Source: a virus
Lineage: Duplodnaviria > Heunggongvirae > Uroviricota > Caudoviricetes
DNA length: 46,147 nucleotides
IMG/VR virus record: IMGVR_UViG_3300001528_000192
Coordinates: 128,001 to 174,147 of that record
Strand: one strand, 5' to 3'
The position numbers were made by a program, and so were the translations under genes. The notes under the pieces are model-generated. The model searched no databases. It was not told the origin of the DNA and worked only from the letters and a program-made list of their open reading frames with translations. This document shows positions 38,161 to 46,147 of the stretch, piece by piece (within the stretch, counting starts at the first letter, position 1; every line of letters begins with the position of its first letter).

Positions 38161-38192
38161 CAAATATACTAATAAAAATTGATTATGTCAAA
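38161..38192 (-). promoter_or_regulatory. intron-internal Bacteroidota promoter for the GIY-YIG gene
   Basis: TTTG-N20-TATATTTG, perfect match. Confidence 0.75.
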
Positions 38193-38238
38193 TAAAAGCT
38201 ACTACAGGTTTTATAAATCATCTAGCAGTTTAAAAGCA

Positions 38239-38352
38239 ACCAAAACCAGTAGAGGCAACTACTGTACCACGACACTTATTTTTTATCCATTTGACTCGAC
38301 ATTCTTCCTGCCTTTCGTCTCTGGTAGTCCTTTTAAAGGTAGATTCTTGCAT
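38239..38352 (-). CDS. SF2 helicase, exon 1 (38 codons, not in ORF track)
   Basis: MQESTFKRTTRDERQEECRVKWIKNKCRGTVVASTGFG contains the Q-motif and the first half of Walker A. Confidence 0.88.
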
Positions 38353-38439
38353 ATTCTGTCAATCCATATAGCAATATAGCATAGTTATCTACATTGACAA
38401 AATTCTGACAGTTAATAAGAAAATCTAATAGCCTATTCA

Positions 38440-39309
38440 TTAGTCTGAAAGAGTAATACCACGATTCTCTGCAACTAACTTAAGCTGACGGATTCTCTCC
38501 TCCCACTGGTCAATGTGGAACATTACCTCATTTTCCAAGCGGAACAGAACCTTATTACGAAGTACCATAAGCTGATCAGTTGTCAACTCAGAATACTTCT
38601 TTGGTCTTAAATTAACCATAGCACGAAGCTCATTGAAGTTAAGACCTGTAGGCTTTACGGTTAGGCGTACAGTATTCTTAATATTAAGGCGCTCCTTAAT
38701 AACTTCAAGCTTACTGCGTGTGTTTCCATCCTTATCCTTTTCATCAAACTCTTTCATCTCAGCTGGAGTAAGATATACACCCATGTTGAGAATGAAACTG
38801 AAGGTTATGTGCTTGTTATCGAAGTAACCAAGCTGATCAAGACCGCCATCAAGAACATCCTCTATAGAGATTCTTTCAAATTCTCTAGGAAGACCTCCTG
38901 TACAAGCTGCAATGGAAATATTCTTAAGTTCATTAGAAGGGAAATCCTCCTTATGGCTATTCATATACCCACGAAGATCCTGAATATACAGATGGCGTGG
39001 ATAAGGTTTACCATCTGCACATATTTCACCAGACTCCAACTTACGAAGGAAAAGCTCAACGTTACACTTCTTACGCTGCTCACTGATAATGTCCAGAAGA
39101 ACATATCTACCAGGGTTCAACTTATCAGTACTGTGAAGCATTGATAAACAGTGCTTGTAGAATTGATTAAGTTGTTCAGGAGTAGCATCAACAAGATGAA
39201 TCTCCTCCTGAGTTCCATCTACCTTTCGTGCAAGTTTCCATACAAATGACTTGATGTCATTGTTCTTCGCTTCCATAGCCTCCATAAGTTTGTCTCTCAT
39301 TACTGTCAT
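38440..39309 (-). CDS. hypothetical protein
   Basis: Long ORF in track. Confidence 0.8.
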   Translation of the reverse strand: MTVMRDKLMEAMEAKNNDIKSFVWKLARKVDGTQEEIHLVDATPEQLNQFYKHCLSMLHSTDKLNPGRYVLLDIISEQRKKCNVELFLRKLESGEICADGKPYPRHLYIQDLRGYMNSHKEDFPSNELKNISIAACTGGLPREFERISIEDVLDGGLDQLGYFDNKHITFSFILNMGVYLTPAEMKEFDEKDKDGNTRSKLEVIKERLNIKNTVRLTVKPTGLNFNELRAMVNLRPKKYSELTTDQLMVLRNKVLFRLENEVMFHIDQWEERIRQLKLVAENRGITLSD

Positions 39310-39352
39310 AATTTATTTACTGTCTTTCATATTGTTATTTTTAAATTATATC

Positions 39353-39664
39353 TTACATTGTAAACTTGTGAGGTTTTTTAATTGGCCTCTCTATAAATTT
39401 CATAAACTGAACGTTGCTATAGCGATAAGGAACAAATTTAGTCCCATCAAACCACTTATCAACTCCAGCCCTTACTTCAAAGAAATTTAGAAATCCCACC
39501 TCACCTATCTCTATCTTACGGTGATCCCAATTTGGATACCTAGTGCACATAATGTACCTAGTTTCTTTAATCACGTCCTCATCTAGACACTCGAAAACAT
39601 ATGTTATATAGCCAAGAGCATCCTCTTCACTAGCTAATAATTTAGCTAGAACAGTCATGATCAA
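39353..39664 (-). CDS. hypothetical beta-rich protein
   Basis: ORF track. Confidence 0.7.
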   Translation of the reverse strand: MIMTVLAKLLASEEDALGYITYVFECLDEDVIKETRYIMCTRYPNWDHRKIEIGEVGFLNFFEVRAGVDKWFDGTKFVPYRYSNVQFMKFIERPIKKPHKFTM

Positions 39665-39831
39665 TTTGAAGAATTAAGTTCCCTATAATAGGTACAGCCA
39701 TAAGCTGCAAAGTTAGAAGAACATTTTTCAATTCCTCGAAAGCATGGATACCTTCTACAAGATTTACATTCCCTATTAGGAAACTTTAATTTAACTCCAA
39801 ATTTATCTTTTTCTATCCTTATAAGGCTCAC
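39661..39831 (-). CDS. small Cys-rich protein (56 aa, not in ORF track)
   Basis: GTG start; SLIRIEKDKFGVKLKFPNRECKSCRRYPCFRGIEKCSSNFAAYGCTYYRELNSSN*; 4-nt overlaps at both ends. Confidence 0.7.
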   Translation of the reverse strand: MSLIRIEKDKFGVKLKFPNRECKSCRRYPCFRGIEKCSSNFAAYGCTYYRELNSSN

Positions 39832-40232
39832 TTTACTAACAGAAGTAATAATAAACCAGAACTAACTGTAATTCCCCCAATCTTCCAGAAAAAGAGAGTT
39901 TTCTTTTTCTTATTGAGATTCTTGGTTAAAGATTCATTCCAATCCTTGTAAACTTTAATCTGAGCTTGTCTAACCGAGTCAGTTTTTACAAGAAGTTTAT
40001 TGTCTTCTTTGTAATTGTTTAATTGTTCAGAAAGTAATTGATTTTCAATCAATAACTTATGGTGTTCCGCAAAGATCAGGTTAGTTTCCTTCAGTTGAGC
40101 TGGAGTTATCGATACTATCGAATCTTTCTCTATTCCACTTGAGATAGTTGATGAAGAAGATGTAGTCGTCGCTAGTAGTATTGTTAATAATGTCACTAAT
40201 AGTCTCTTTGTAACTCTTTTCATTCTGTTCAA
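39828..40232 (-). CDS. membrane coiled-coil protein, spanin-like partner
   Basis: Signal-peptide-like N-terminus, coiled coil, C-terminal TM; overlaps the upstream gene by about 150 nt. Confidence 0.55.
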   Translation of the reverse strand: MNRMKRVTKRLLVTLLTILLATTTSSSSTISSGIEKDSIVSITPAQLKETNLIFAEHHKLLIENQLLSEQLNNYKEDNKLLVKTDSVRQAQIKVYKDWNESLTKNLNKKKKTLFFWKIGGITVSSGLLLLLLVK

Positions 40233-40431
40233 TTTTGATTATCGTTGTATCAATTCTTCCTGCTATAGAATCCCTCTTAGTCTTTATAGAGGAGAGTTCA
40301 GACTCCAAAGAGTCTATCTTTTCGGAATAGTCTGGAGTCTGAACTTGTTTTTCAGGTTTAAAGATAATATATCCTAAAGCTAAACTAGTAAGTATGAAGA
40401 AAATCAGAATTACTTTTTCTGTTTTCCGCAT
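40081..40431 (-). CDS. membrane-anchored coiled-coil protein, i-spanin-like
   Basis: N-terminal TM followed by heptads (KIDSLESELSSIKTKRDSI). Confidence 0.55.
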   Translation of the reverse strand: MRKTEKVILIFFILTSLALGYIIFKPEKQVQTPDYSEKIDSLESELSSIKTKRDSIAGRIDTTIIKIEQNEKSYKETISDIINNTTSDDYIFFINYLKWNRERFDSIDNSSSTEGN

Positions 40432-40970
40432 TTCTTAGTCTGGTTGTTTAGGTAATCAAGATACTTCTGTACATTATCAAGGTAAGTAGGGTCTTTCTTA
40501 ACTCCCTCTACAATTACCTTCTCAATGTCAGTAAAGTTCTCCTTTACCTTCTCCATCTCCTGATGTTTCAGGAATCGAGCTTTAGCGTCATTGTATCCCT
40601 TAATATACTTCTCAGGATTTGCCTTGATATACTCAGCCTCCTGAGAGAGGTAAGTGCGTACAAGATTATCACTCATTTGCCCAGAGTGTGCTGCATAGAG
40701 GGCAACGTCGGAGTTCTTAGCACGGGCAATTGCCTTAAGTACTCCAACCTTCTCACTAAACTTGTCTACTGGATTACAAATAGACACTCCAACCTGCAAA
40801 CCTACCTGGACACACCCAAGAGCTTCTCCAGTTCCGTTGGCAATCTTCATTACCAATGGATAACCTGCATCGGTATCCTTTAGTGCAACCTTTACAGCTG
40901 CAATTACAAACTGATGCTCTTTACCAGCATAATCCACAAACTTGTCCTTAAGTACGATTTCGTTGTTCAT
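40410..40970 (-). CDS. hypothetical protein
   Basis: GVSICNPVDKF...G...AIARA resembles a common small phage domain. Confidence 0.75.
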   Translation of the reverse strand: MNNEIVLKDKFVDYAGKEHQFVIAAVKVALKDTDAGYPLVMKIANGTGEALGCVQVGLQVGVSICNPVDKFSEKVGVLKAIARAKNSDVALYAAHSGQMSDNLVRTYLSQEAEYIKANPEKYIKGYNDAKARFLKHQEMEKVKENFTDIEKVIVEGVKKDPTYLDNVQKYLDYLNNQTKKCGKQKK

Positions 40971-41290
40971 TTTTTCTTTGATTTTTTATTTGGTTTGAGA
41001 ACATAGGGAGATAAGTTCATCTCATCTATGAACTCTTGAGGAACACCCACTAGAGAAATCTCTTTCTCAATGCTGTATCCCTCATACTTTGTTACAATAT
41101 AATTATTCTTAATATGAAGTAACCTATCAGCTTTATAGAGTTTACTTCCGAGTTGGCAAAAGCCATTCTTCCAGTATTTGCTCAAGGTTACTTCATATGT
41201 AAAAGTAGGAAGGAGTTCAACAAGTCCTCCTTCGTACTCATAAAACTTACTTCCAGAATGGTCGTTCGTTTGGCGCGTACGTTTTCCCAT
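40967..41290 (-). CDS. hypothetical protein
   Basis: ORF track. Confidence 0.65.
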   Translation of the reverse strand: MGKRTRQTNDHSGSKFYEYEGGLVELLPTFTYEVTLSKYWKNGFCQLGSKLYKADRLLHIKNNYIVTKYEGYSIEKEISLVGVPQEFIDEMNLSPYVLKPNKKSKKK

Positions 41291-41693
41291 TGAAGGTATA
41301 CTTAGCTACAACATTAACCATCACTTTGTTTTGACGATCCCACTGATGGAAGAAATTAAGCACATCTCCTATCTGATGCATACCACAGATAGTAGAGTAT
41401 GTTGTATGTGGGAATCGCTTGTTCTTTTTTAGCTGAACAATAAGCTTAGCTCGTACAGGAATTACCTTACGAGGAGAGGTACCAAGATGCATTTTACCCT
41501 TGTGGGTACATCTCAAAGTTCTGAGTATTTTCTTCTCCTGTTTACTCTTAGTCCAGACACTCGGATCTCTTGGAGTTGCAGGACGGGGGTGAATACCCAG
41601 TTCAACCATAAGTGCATCATCGTGCACATCTACCCAGCGATCCTCATCACCCTGGGCTGCCTTAATAGGACTTTTAACATTTTCTTCTTTCAT
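41247..41693 (-). CDS. hypothetical basic protein
   Basis: ORF track. Confidence 0.7.
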   Translation of the reverse strand: MKEENVKSPIKAAQGDEDRWVDVHDDALMVELGIHPRPATPRDPSVWTKSKQEKKILRTLRCTHKGKMHLGTSPRKVIPVRAKLIVQLKKNKRFPHTTYSTICGMHQIGDVLNFFHQWDRQNKVMVNVVAKYTFNGKTYAPNERPFWK

Positions 41694-41830
41694 GCGTGTA
41701 TATTACCACAAATTGTACATTTATAAATTGCATACTCAGGAACATAGAGGGTATGTTTTCCTCTCTGTCTACACCTAGGACATAGCAATGTCTTGGTGAT
41801 TGGATAAACCGTTTCTTTCTTCGTAGCCAT
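41690..41830 (-). CDS. small zinc-ribbon protein
   Basis: MATKKETV...CPRC...CTIC; start moved from 41983 to 41830. Confidence 0.7.
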   Translation of the reverse strand: MATKKETVYPITKTLLCPRCRQRGKHTLYVPEYAIYKCTICGNIHA

Positions 41831-42284
41831 TAAAAAATGCATTAAAAGTTTTACGAATAATTCTATTGTTATGAATGTTATATTCTGGATTCCATCGTCC
41901 AGACCTATAAATCCATTTAATGTTAGAGGAGTTAATATCTTCAACAAGATATTTATTGGGAAGCGTATTGAACCCTCCAACATTTATAGTACCACCTCCT
42001 TCCAGATATAGGGCGTAATGATGACAAGTTCCAGAACCTACTATAGAGGTTCTCCTTGTGTTATTCTTAACTTTAGAATGAACTTCTGCAGAAACGCTAA
42101 CGTCATCCTTTAATTCTTTTGTAAAAATAAGTAACTTGTACTTTAGTCCTAATCTGTCAAAATGGAAAGCAATTAGATATGCAACAAAACAGCAACCACC
42201 ACTATTAATATGATATTTCCTATTAAGTTGCAAGCACAACTCATCTAACAATCTCTGTAAGCCATGAACATTTAAATCCCGCAT
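41775..42284 (-). CDS. hypothetical protein, possible papain/transglutaminase-like Cys-His enzyme
   Basis: INSGGCCFVA helix start and HHYALY strand; ends in TAG. Confidence 0.55.
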   Translation of the reverse strand: MRDLNVHGLQRLLDELCLQLNRKYHINSGGCCFVAYLIAFHFDRLGLKYKLLIFTKELKDDVSVSAEVHSKVKNNTRRTSIVGSGTCHHYALYLEGGGTINVGGFNTLPNKYLVEDINSSNIKWIYRSGRWNPEYNIHNNRIIRKTFNAFFNGYEERNGLSNHQDIAMS

Positions 42285-42541
42285 AACTTCCTAAGTGAAT
42301 CTAATTCCTCTCTGAACTCCTTTAAATATGTAGCTAGGTCAGTAACATCATGTTTGCATGATATTCTGTACTGAATTACTTTCTTTAGAGCAGACTCTAA
42401 GCTTATTCCGTAAGCTACATTCTTAAATTCCTGTCTAGCCTCCTTGCCCTTTGGACGTATCGTATACAAGAGTTCCAAGTCAAATACAGGACTAGATTCA
42501 GAAACTGGAGTCAATCGAAAATCCTTCTCTTCAATTGTCAT
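42272..42541 (-). CDS. hypothetical protein
   Basis: ORF track. Confidence 0.75.
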   Translation of the reverse strand: MTIEEKDFRLTPVSESSPVFDLELLYTIRPKGKEARQEFKNVAYGISLESALKKVIQYRISCKHDVTDLATYLKEFREELDSLRKLCGI

Positions 42542-42857
42542 TAGGATTGTAATTTATGTAAAACTCAGAACCAATATTAAAATCATTGAATATCTTTGGG
42601 CATTGCTCTATAGACATCTCTAATTTACCAGTATCTAAGTCATGTAGTTCAAGGATGTATAGATCATCCTTTTTAGAAACCACCGCCCTATAAACAGAAC
42701 TCTCTGTTCTTTCAGAAGTAAAAGTAACTTCCGCAGACTCTCCTTGAATTAGGGTAGATAAGGCTTTATTGAGAGCAAATGTGGATTTATATCCTTTGCA
42801 CTCCAATGATATATACCATCTACCTTTTACAACCTTTAGATAAATCTTATACTTCAT
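42531..42857 (-). CDS. hypothetical protein downstream of ACP
   Basis: ORF track; overlaps the ACP stop. Confidence 0.65.
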   Translation of the reverse strand: MKYKIYLKVVKGRWYISLECKGYKSTFALNKALSTLIQGESAEVTFTSERTESSVYRAVVSKKDDLYILELHDLDTGKLEMSIEQCPKIFNDFNIGSEFYINYNPNDN

Positions 42858-43095
42858 TCTTTACTAATGAATTAGTATGTTCAGCTATTTCACGGATGCT
42901 TTTCTTAAAGATGGAATGATCCTCCTCGTTAAACTTAACATCATACTTTGCTTCAAGATGCCCTACGAGATCTACAGTATCTAAACTGTCCATTCCAGCA
43001 TCATCTGCAAGATTACTGTTTCCATTCAACTGAACTGGATACCCTATATCCTCAGTGACATAATGAATTATATCAGAAATTATTTCTTCTACCAT
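42847..43095 (-). CDS. acyl carrier protein
   Basis: 82 aa, acidic; LADDAGMDSLDTVDL phosphopantetheine site; LEAKYDVKF. Confidence 0.9.
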   Translation of the reverse strand: MVEEIISDIIHYVTEDIGYPVQLNGNSNLADDAGMDSLDTVDLVGHLEAKYDVKFNEEDHSIFKKSIREIAEHTNSLVKNEV

Positions 43096-44264
43096 AGTTT
43101 AATTAATATTGAACTATTTGTACCTCCTAGCCCAAAGGAATTACTTAAAATGAACTTAGGAGGGTCAATTTCTACTAAACACTTGTGAATATTGAGAGAG
43201 AAGGAATTATCCTTGGTGTTGATGTTAGGTGGAACAAAGCCGGCCTTTCCGGATAGTATGGAATATACTACCTCAGAAGCCCCAGCTGCCCACATCTCGT
43301 GCCCAGTGAGAGCTTTAGTTGCACTTATAAGTGGTTTACGTTCATTGAATAATCCCAGTAAGGCTCCTGCCTCACTAAGATCCCCATCAACTGTACCAGT
43401 AGCATGAGCACTGACCACATCTACAACCTTAGGAGAGTACTCCCCAAGTGCTTTTTGCATACACCTCAATTCAGAAATCATATCACTCTTCGAGAGATGA
43501 TTAGAGGAGGTAGCACCATATCCGACTATTTCTCCATAAATTGGGAGATTCTGCTTTAATGCCCAACCCATTTCTGCCAAGATTAGACAAGCAGCCCCAC
43601 CACTAGGTACTAACCCATCTCTTTTTTCATCAAAGGGCTTAACTGCGTTCTCTGGTACATTAGATTTTGAGAAAGTTCCAATAGCATCAAAGGCAAAAGT
43701 GGAATCTGAATTAACCTCCTGACATCCTCCTGTAGCGATGACCTTAGAGAAACCACTAGCAATTAGATTATAACTAACTCCAATTGCATGTGCTCCAGAA
43801 GCACATGCTCCTCCAACACTAAAAGATGGGCCTTCTAGTCTGAAATGAGTACTTAGTACTGCTGTAGGATTAGAGGTTAGAGTCTTAAAGACATGAATTG
43901 CTCCTAATTTAGAAGTTCTCCCAAGCTTAGAATACGATTCTATTGCCTCTGCCATAGACTGTGAACTACTGTCGTTTCCGATAATTAGTCCACAGTTCAT
44001 TGGAGGGCATCCAAGGTATGCGTCCTCTAAAGCTTCACTTAGTGCTTTATACATATACTCAGTCTGAGGAGCCATATACCTCTTGATGTGTTGAGGTATT
44101 TCTGTTGGAGTAGGAACAATTCCAGTAAGTCTAGAATTAAATCCTGCTCTAGACTGGTCTATTCCAATTCCACAGAAGCCCTTCTTTAGAGATTCTGAGA
44201 CTTCTTTTTTGTTAGATCCTATGCTGGAATAAATACCCATTCCAACAATAACTACTCTCCTCAT
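43089..44264 (-). CDS. beta-ketoacyl-ACP synthase (FabB/FabF-type ketosynthase)
   Basis: RRVVIVGMG, ACASG (Cys), AHATGT (His), KALTGH (His), PFDEKRDG, SNSFGLGG; ATG start at 44264. Confidence 0.93.
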   Translation of the reverse strand: MRRVVIVGMGIYSSIGSNKKEVSESLKKGFCGIGIDQSRAGFNSRLTGIVPTPTEIPQHIKRYMAPQTEYMYKALSEALEDAYLGCPPMNCGLIIGNDSSSQSMAEAIESYSKLGRTSKLGAIHVFKTLTSNPTAVLSTHFRLEGPSFSVGGACASGAHAIGVSYNLIASGFSKVIATGGCQEVNSDSTFAFDAIGTFSKSNVPENAVKPFDEKRDGLVPSGGAACLILAEMGWALKQNLPIYGEIVGYGATSSNHLSKSDMISELRCMQKALGEYSPKVVDVVSAHATGTVDGDLSEAGALLGLFNERKPLISATKALTGHEMWAAGASEVVYSILSGKAGFVPPNINTKDNSFSLNIHKCLVEIDPPKFILSNSFGLGGTNSSILIKLW

Positions 44265-44269
44265 AAGTC

Positions 44270-44398
44270 TCAAGCAGAAGCTGCTGTTCTCTGATTTATT
44301 CCACCAGGACGAGTTAATCCTGCTTTCTCTCTTTCTGGGAGTTTATCCCACCATGCTTGTGCAGCCTTAAGATTTGCAAGTTTCTTTTTATACTTCAT
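44270..44398 (-). CDS. small basic protein (42 aa, not in ORF track)
   Basis: MKYKKKLANLKAAQAWWDKLPEREKAGLTRPGGINQRTAASA*; exactly fills the gap. Confidence 0.7.
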   Translation of the reverse strand: MKYKKKLANLKAAQAWWDKLPEREKAGLTRPGGINQRTAASA

Positions 44399-44399
44399 A

Positions 44400-45209
44400 T
44401 TATATTACTTTAAGCATTGTTACATTTTCAGGAAGGTTCTCCCAATCCTTATAAGAGTTAGTTATCCATACATGATTAAAATTCTTGGATAGATTCTCAA
44501 TACCCTTCGGGTTAACCATGTGAACTACAGAGATATTAAGCTTCTCTTTGGATACTCCTAACTTCCCAAGAGCCTCTGCAATACCACAGAAAGTTCCACC
44601 TCCATCACATAGATCATCCACAATCATTAATGGTTGATTTCCGATTTTTTCTGGATTGTCTACCTTGATTTCGAGTATCTTGCCAGTAGCTAGATCACGA
44701 ACCTTGCTGCAAGAGATAGAGTTCTCACTGAAATACCCATAACGCTCAACTGCTCCAGCATCTGGCAGGACTAATTGATAATTAGTCATCCAGTTTTCTG
44801 GACGTGTAAGCTCTTCAGGATATAAGGCTCTGAACTTATTCCCAAGTCGATAGTCATATATCACGTCTGAGTGAGGCTCCAAGACAGCAATATTTTCTGC
44901 ATTAGAGTTGCTAAGCATCTTTACTATTACCTTAAGAGTAAAAGGACGATTGAAGTCCATAACTCTATCCATCCTCATTCCCATGAGATAGAAGATGTCA
45001 ACATCATAATAGACATCATGTCTATCAAGAATGTCAAGAACCTGAGTTACGATAAATAGTTCCTCAGCATTAGTGATTCTACACTTCACACAGACTTGAT
45101 CTTTGTGACTAAATTCTCCTAGAGAGATTTGTACCTCTCCATCAGGAAATCTAGAAATAGTATATTTAATGTCACTATCTTCTAGACGAACTAAATTTAT
45201 ACATTTCAT
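44400..45209 (-). CDS. PRPP-synthetase-like protein (NARP1 Adps-like ADPR-PP synthetase)
   Basis: FPDGE, YLMGMRMDR, PDAGA and IVDDLCDGGGTF motifs; near a NAMPT-like gene. Confidence 0.85.
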   Translation of the reverse strand: MKCINLVRLEDSDIKYTISRFPDGEVQISLGEFSHKDQVCVKCRITNAEELFIVTQVLDILDRHDVYYDVDIFYLMGMRMDRVMDFNRPFTLKVIVKMLSNSNAENIAVLEPHSDVIYDYRLGNKFRALYPEELTRPENWMTNYQLVLPDAGAVERYGYFSENSISCSKVRDLATGKILEIKVDNPEKIGNQPLMIVDDLCDGGGTFCGIAEALGKLGVSKEKLNISVVHMVNPKGIENLSKNFNHVWITNSYKDWENLPENVTMLKVI

Positions 45210-45691
45210 AACTTGTATATAAATAGATTAATTAAATCATCCTTAAATATTTCTTGGATCATAGGATAGACTACACCGTCCCAATCTCCACCAGCTAAAC
45301 CACAACCAAGCTTATAAGGAATGCCTATAGAGTGGATGTCCATTCGCAGAGCACGGTGTTTTAATTCCAACAGAGCTAGTTTGAGGGCATGATAATCAGT
45401 ATGTCTCCCGTTAGCATTTGGAGCTACGGCTTCTGTAAAGGAGTATTCTCCGAATAGATTAGCCACATGAGGAATAGATTCATCCCCCGTTACGCAGATT
45501 TGACAGTTCCCCAAAAGGGCTCTTGACTTGTTCTTCTCATTGCAATAATGGAGGTACTGATCATATACTATAGGCCATTTATTCCTAATAGCTTTGGCAA
45601 TACCACCTCCCATTACTCCTAGACAGTTAGTCTGGTGTGCAATGAGGGGCAGATTTGACTTAAGTAAATCACCATTAACAATTTCTATCAT
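45206..45691 (-). CDS. macrodomain protein (ADP-ribose binding/hydrolase)
   Basis: GDLL, HQTNCLGVMGGGIA and PYKLGCGLAGGDW motifs. Confidence 0.92.
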   Translation of the reverse strand: MIEIVNGDLLKSNLPLIAHQTNCLGVMGGGIAKAIRNKWPIVYDQYLHYCNEKNKSRALLGNCQICVTGDESIPHVANLFGEYSFTEAVAPNANGRHTDYHALKLALLELKHRALRMDIHSIGIPYKLGCGLAGGDWDGVVYPMIQEIFKDDLINLFIYKL

Positions 45692-46146
45692 TTCAATGTA
45701 GAGTTTACACGTTCACGAATTTCGGAAAGAGAATAGTCTCTCTTCAAATTACTGTTCACAAAGACTGGCTCCAAGCACCCAAGTGCTTCATGTGCTTCAT
45801 CCTGCTGATCGTAGGCAACATACTTACCGTCTTCCTTCTCAACCCTTATAAGACCTTTAAGAGAGTTCTTAGTTCCATCGTCAGTCTTTGGATGCTTGAA
45901 GATTTCTCTAAGTTCTCCATTGATTTTACAAGCGGTTGCCTTAACAGCAAATCCAAGAGAATCTCTACTTTTGAACTGGTAAGTGAACGAACCTACACCA
46001 AGTACAAGATTGCAAGCTGCCATATGAGCACTTTCCAATCTAGTATAGATGTCTCTCTGACGTTCTAGCGTAATAGAGTCACCATAGAGTAGTCCAACCT
46101 TGGTACTTGGATAACGATAATCGTTTACTGTAGTGTTCCAACCGAA
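45688..46146 (-). CDS. nicotinamide phosphoribosyltransferase-like protein (NARP1 Namat-like), C-terminal part
   Basis: Frame open to the window edge; GLLYGDSIT, LGVGSFTYQ, RDSLGFAVKAT and KHPKTDDGTKNSLKG motifs. Confidence 0.9.
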   Translation of the reverse strand, partial: FGWNTTVNDYRYPSTKVGLLYGDSITLERQRDIYTRLESAHMAACNLVLGVGSFTYQFKSRDSLGFAVKATACKINGELREIFKHPKTDDGTKNSLKGLIRVEKEDGKYVAYDQQDEAHEALGCLEPVFVNSNLKRDYSLSEIRERVNSTLK

Positions 46147-46147
46147 G

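Larger units (their letters stand above)
37055..38238 (-). mobile_element. group I intron in the SF2 helicase Walker A motif (1184 nt)
   Basis: Removal restores ASTGFG|KT. The 5' exon ends in U and UUUGGU pairs with GCUAGA; P7-like GCGUA/UACGC; terminal G at 37055. Confidence 0.88.

Noticed and set aside
38371-38401. Promoter for the helicase gene (TTTG-N19-TATATTGC)
   Set aside because: Two mismatches in the -7 box and overlap with a hairpin; plausible but too weak to call
2001-46068. All plus-strand ORFs in the track
   Set aside because: They lie antisense to well-supported minus-strand genes, have no recognisable motifs, and are typical shadow ORFs
1-46147. tRNA (including an amber suppressor), CRISPR array, integrase or reverse transcriptase
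   Set aside because: No cloverleaf, regular repeat-spacer pattern or relevant motif seen by eye in the few intergenic gaps; a suppressor tRNA would have to lie outside this window

Overview
A 46 kb, densely packed segment of a lytic Bacteroidota-infecting dsDNA phage, with essentially all genes on the minus strand. It is most similar in style to crAss-like phages (TKSxKD-type primase, PolA, DnaB, SF2 helicase, ThyX, UDG); the exact family cannot be fixed from this window alone. It is the replication, nucleotide-metabolism and counter-defence region. Main points: (1) polA and the SF2 helicase gene are each split by a group I intron carrying a homing endonuclease, and the splice junctions can be read from the sequence. 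(2) There is direct evidence for TAG-to-Gln recoding confined to particular genes: a hidden GIY-YIG/NUMOD1 endonuclease with 8 in-frame TAGs, and a putative resolvase with a TAG at codon 6. Both are missed or truncated by the ORF track. (3) The counter-defence set includes NARP1-like NAD reconstitution genes with a macrodomain between them, a Tad2-like sponge fusion, and RNA-repair enzymes. (4) A phage-borne ketosynthase + acyl carrier protein pair lies just downstream of the NAD module; this is my best candidate for an undescribed system. (5) The phage carries a copy of the Bacteroidota housekeeping sigma factor with an altered region 4.2. Several Bacteroidota-type promoters (TTTG-N19/20-TAnnTTTG) and intrinsic terminators are visible. 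I saw no tRNA, rRNA or CRISPR array. All family calls are from motif recognition, not database searches.
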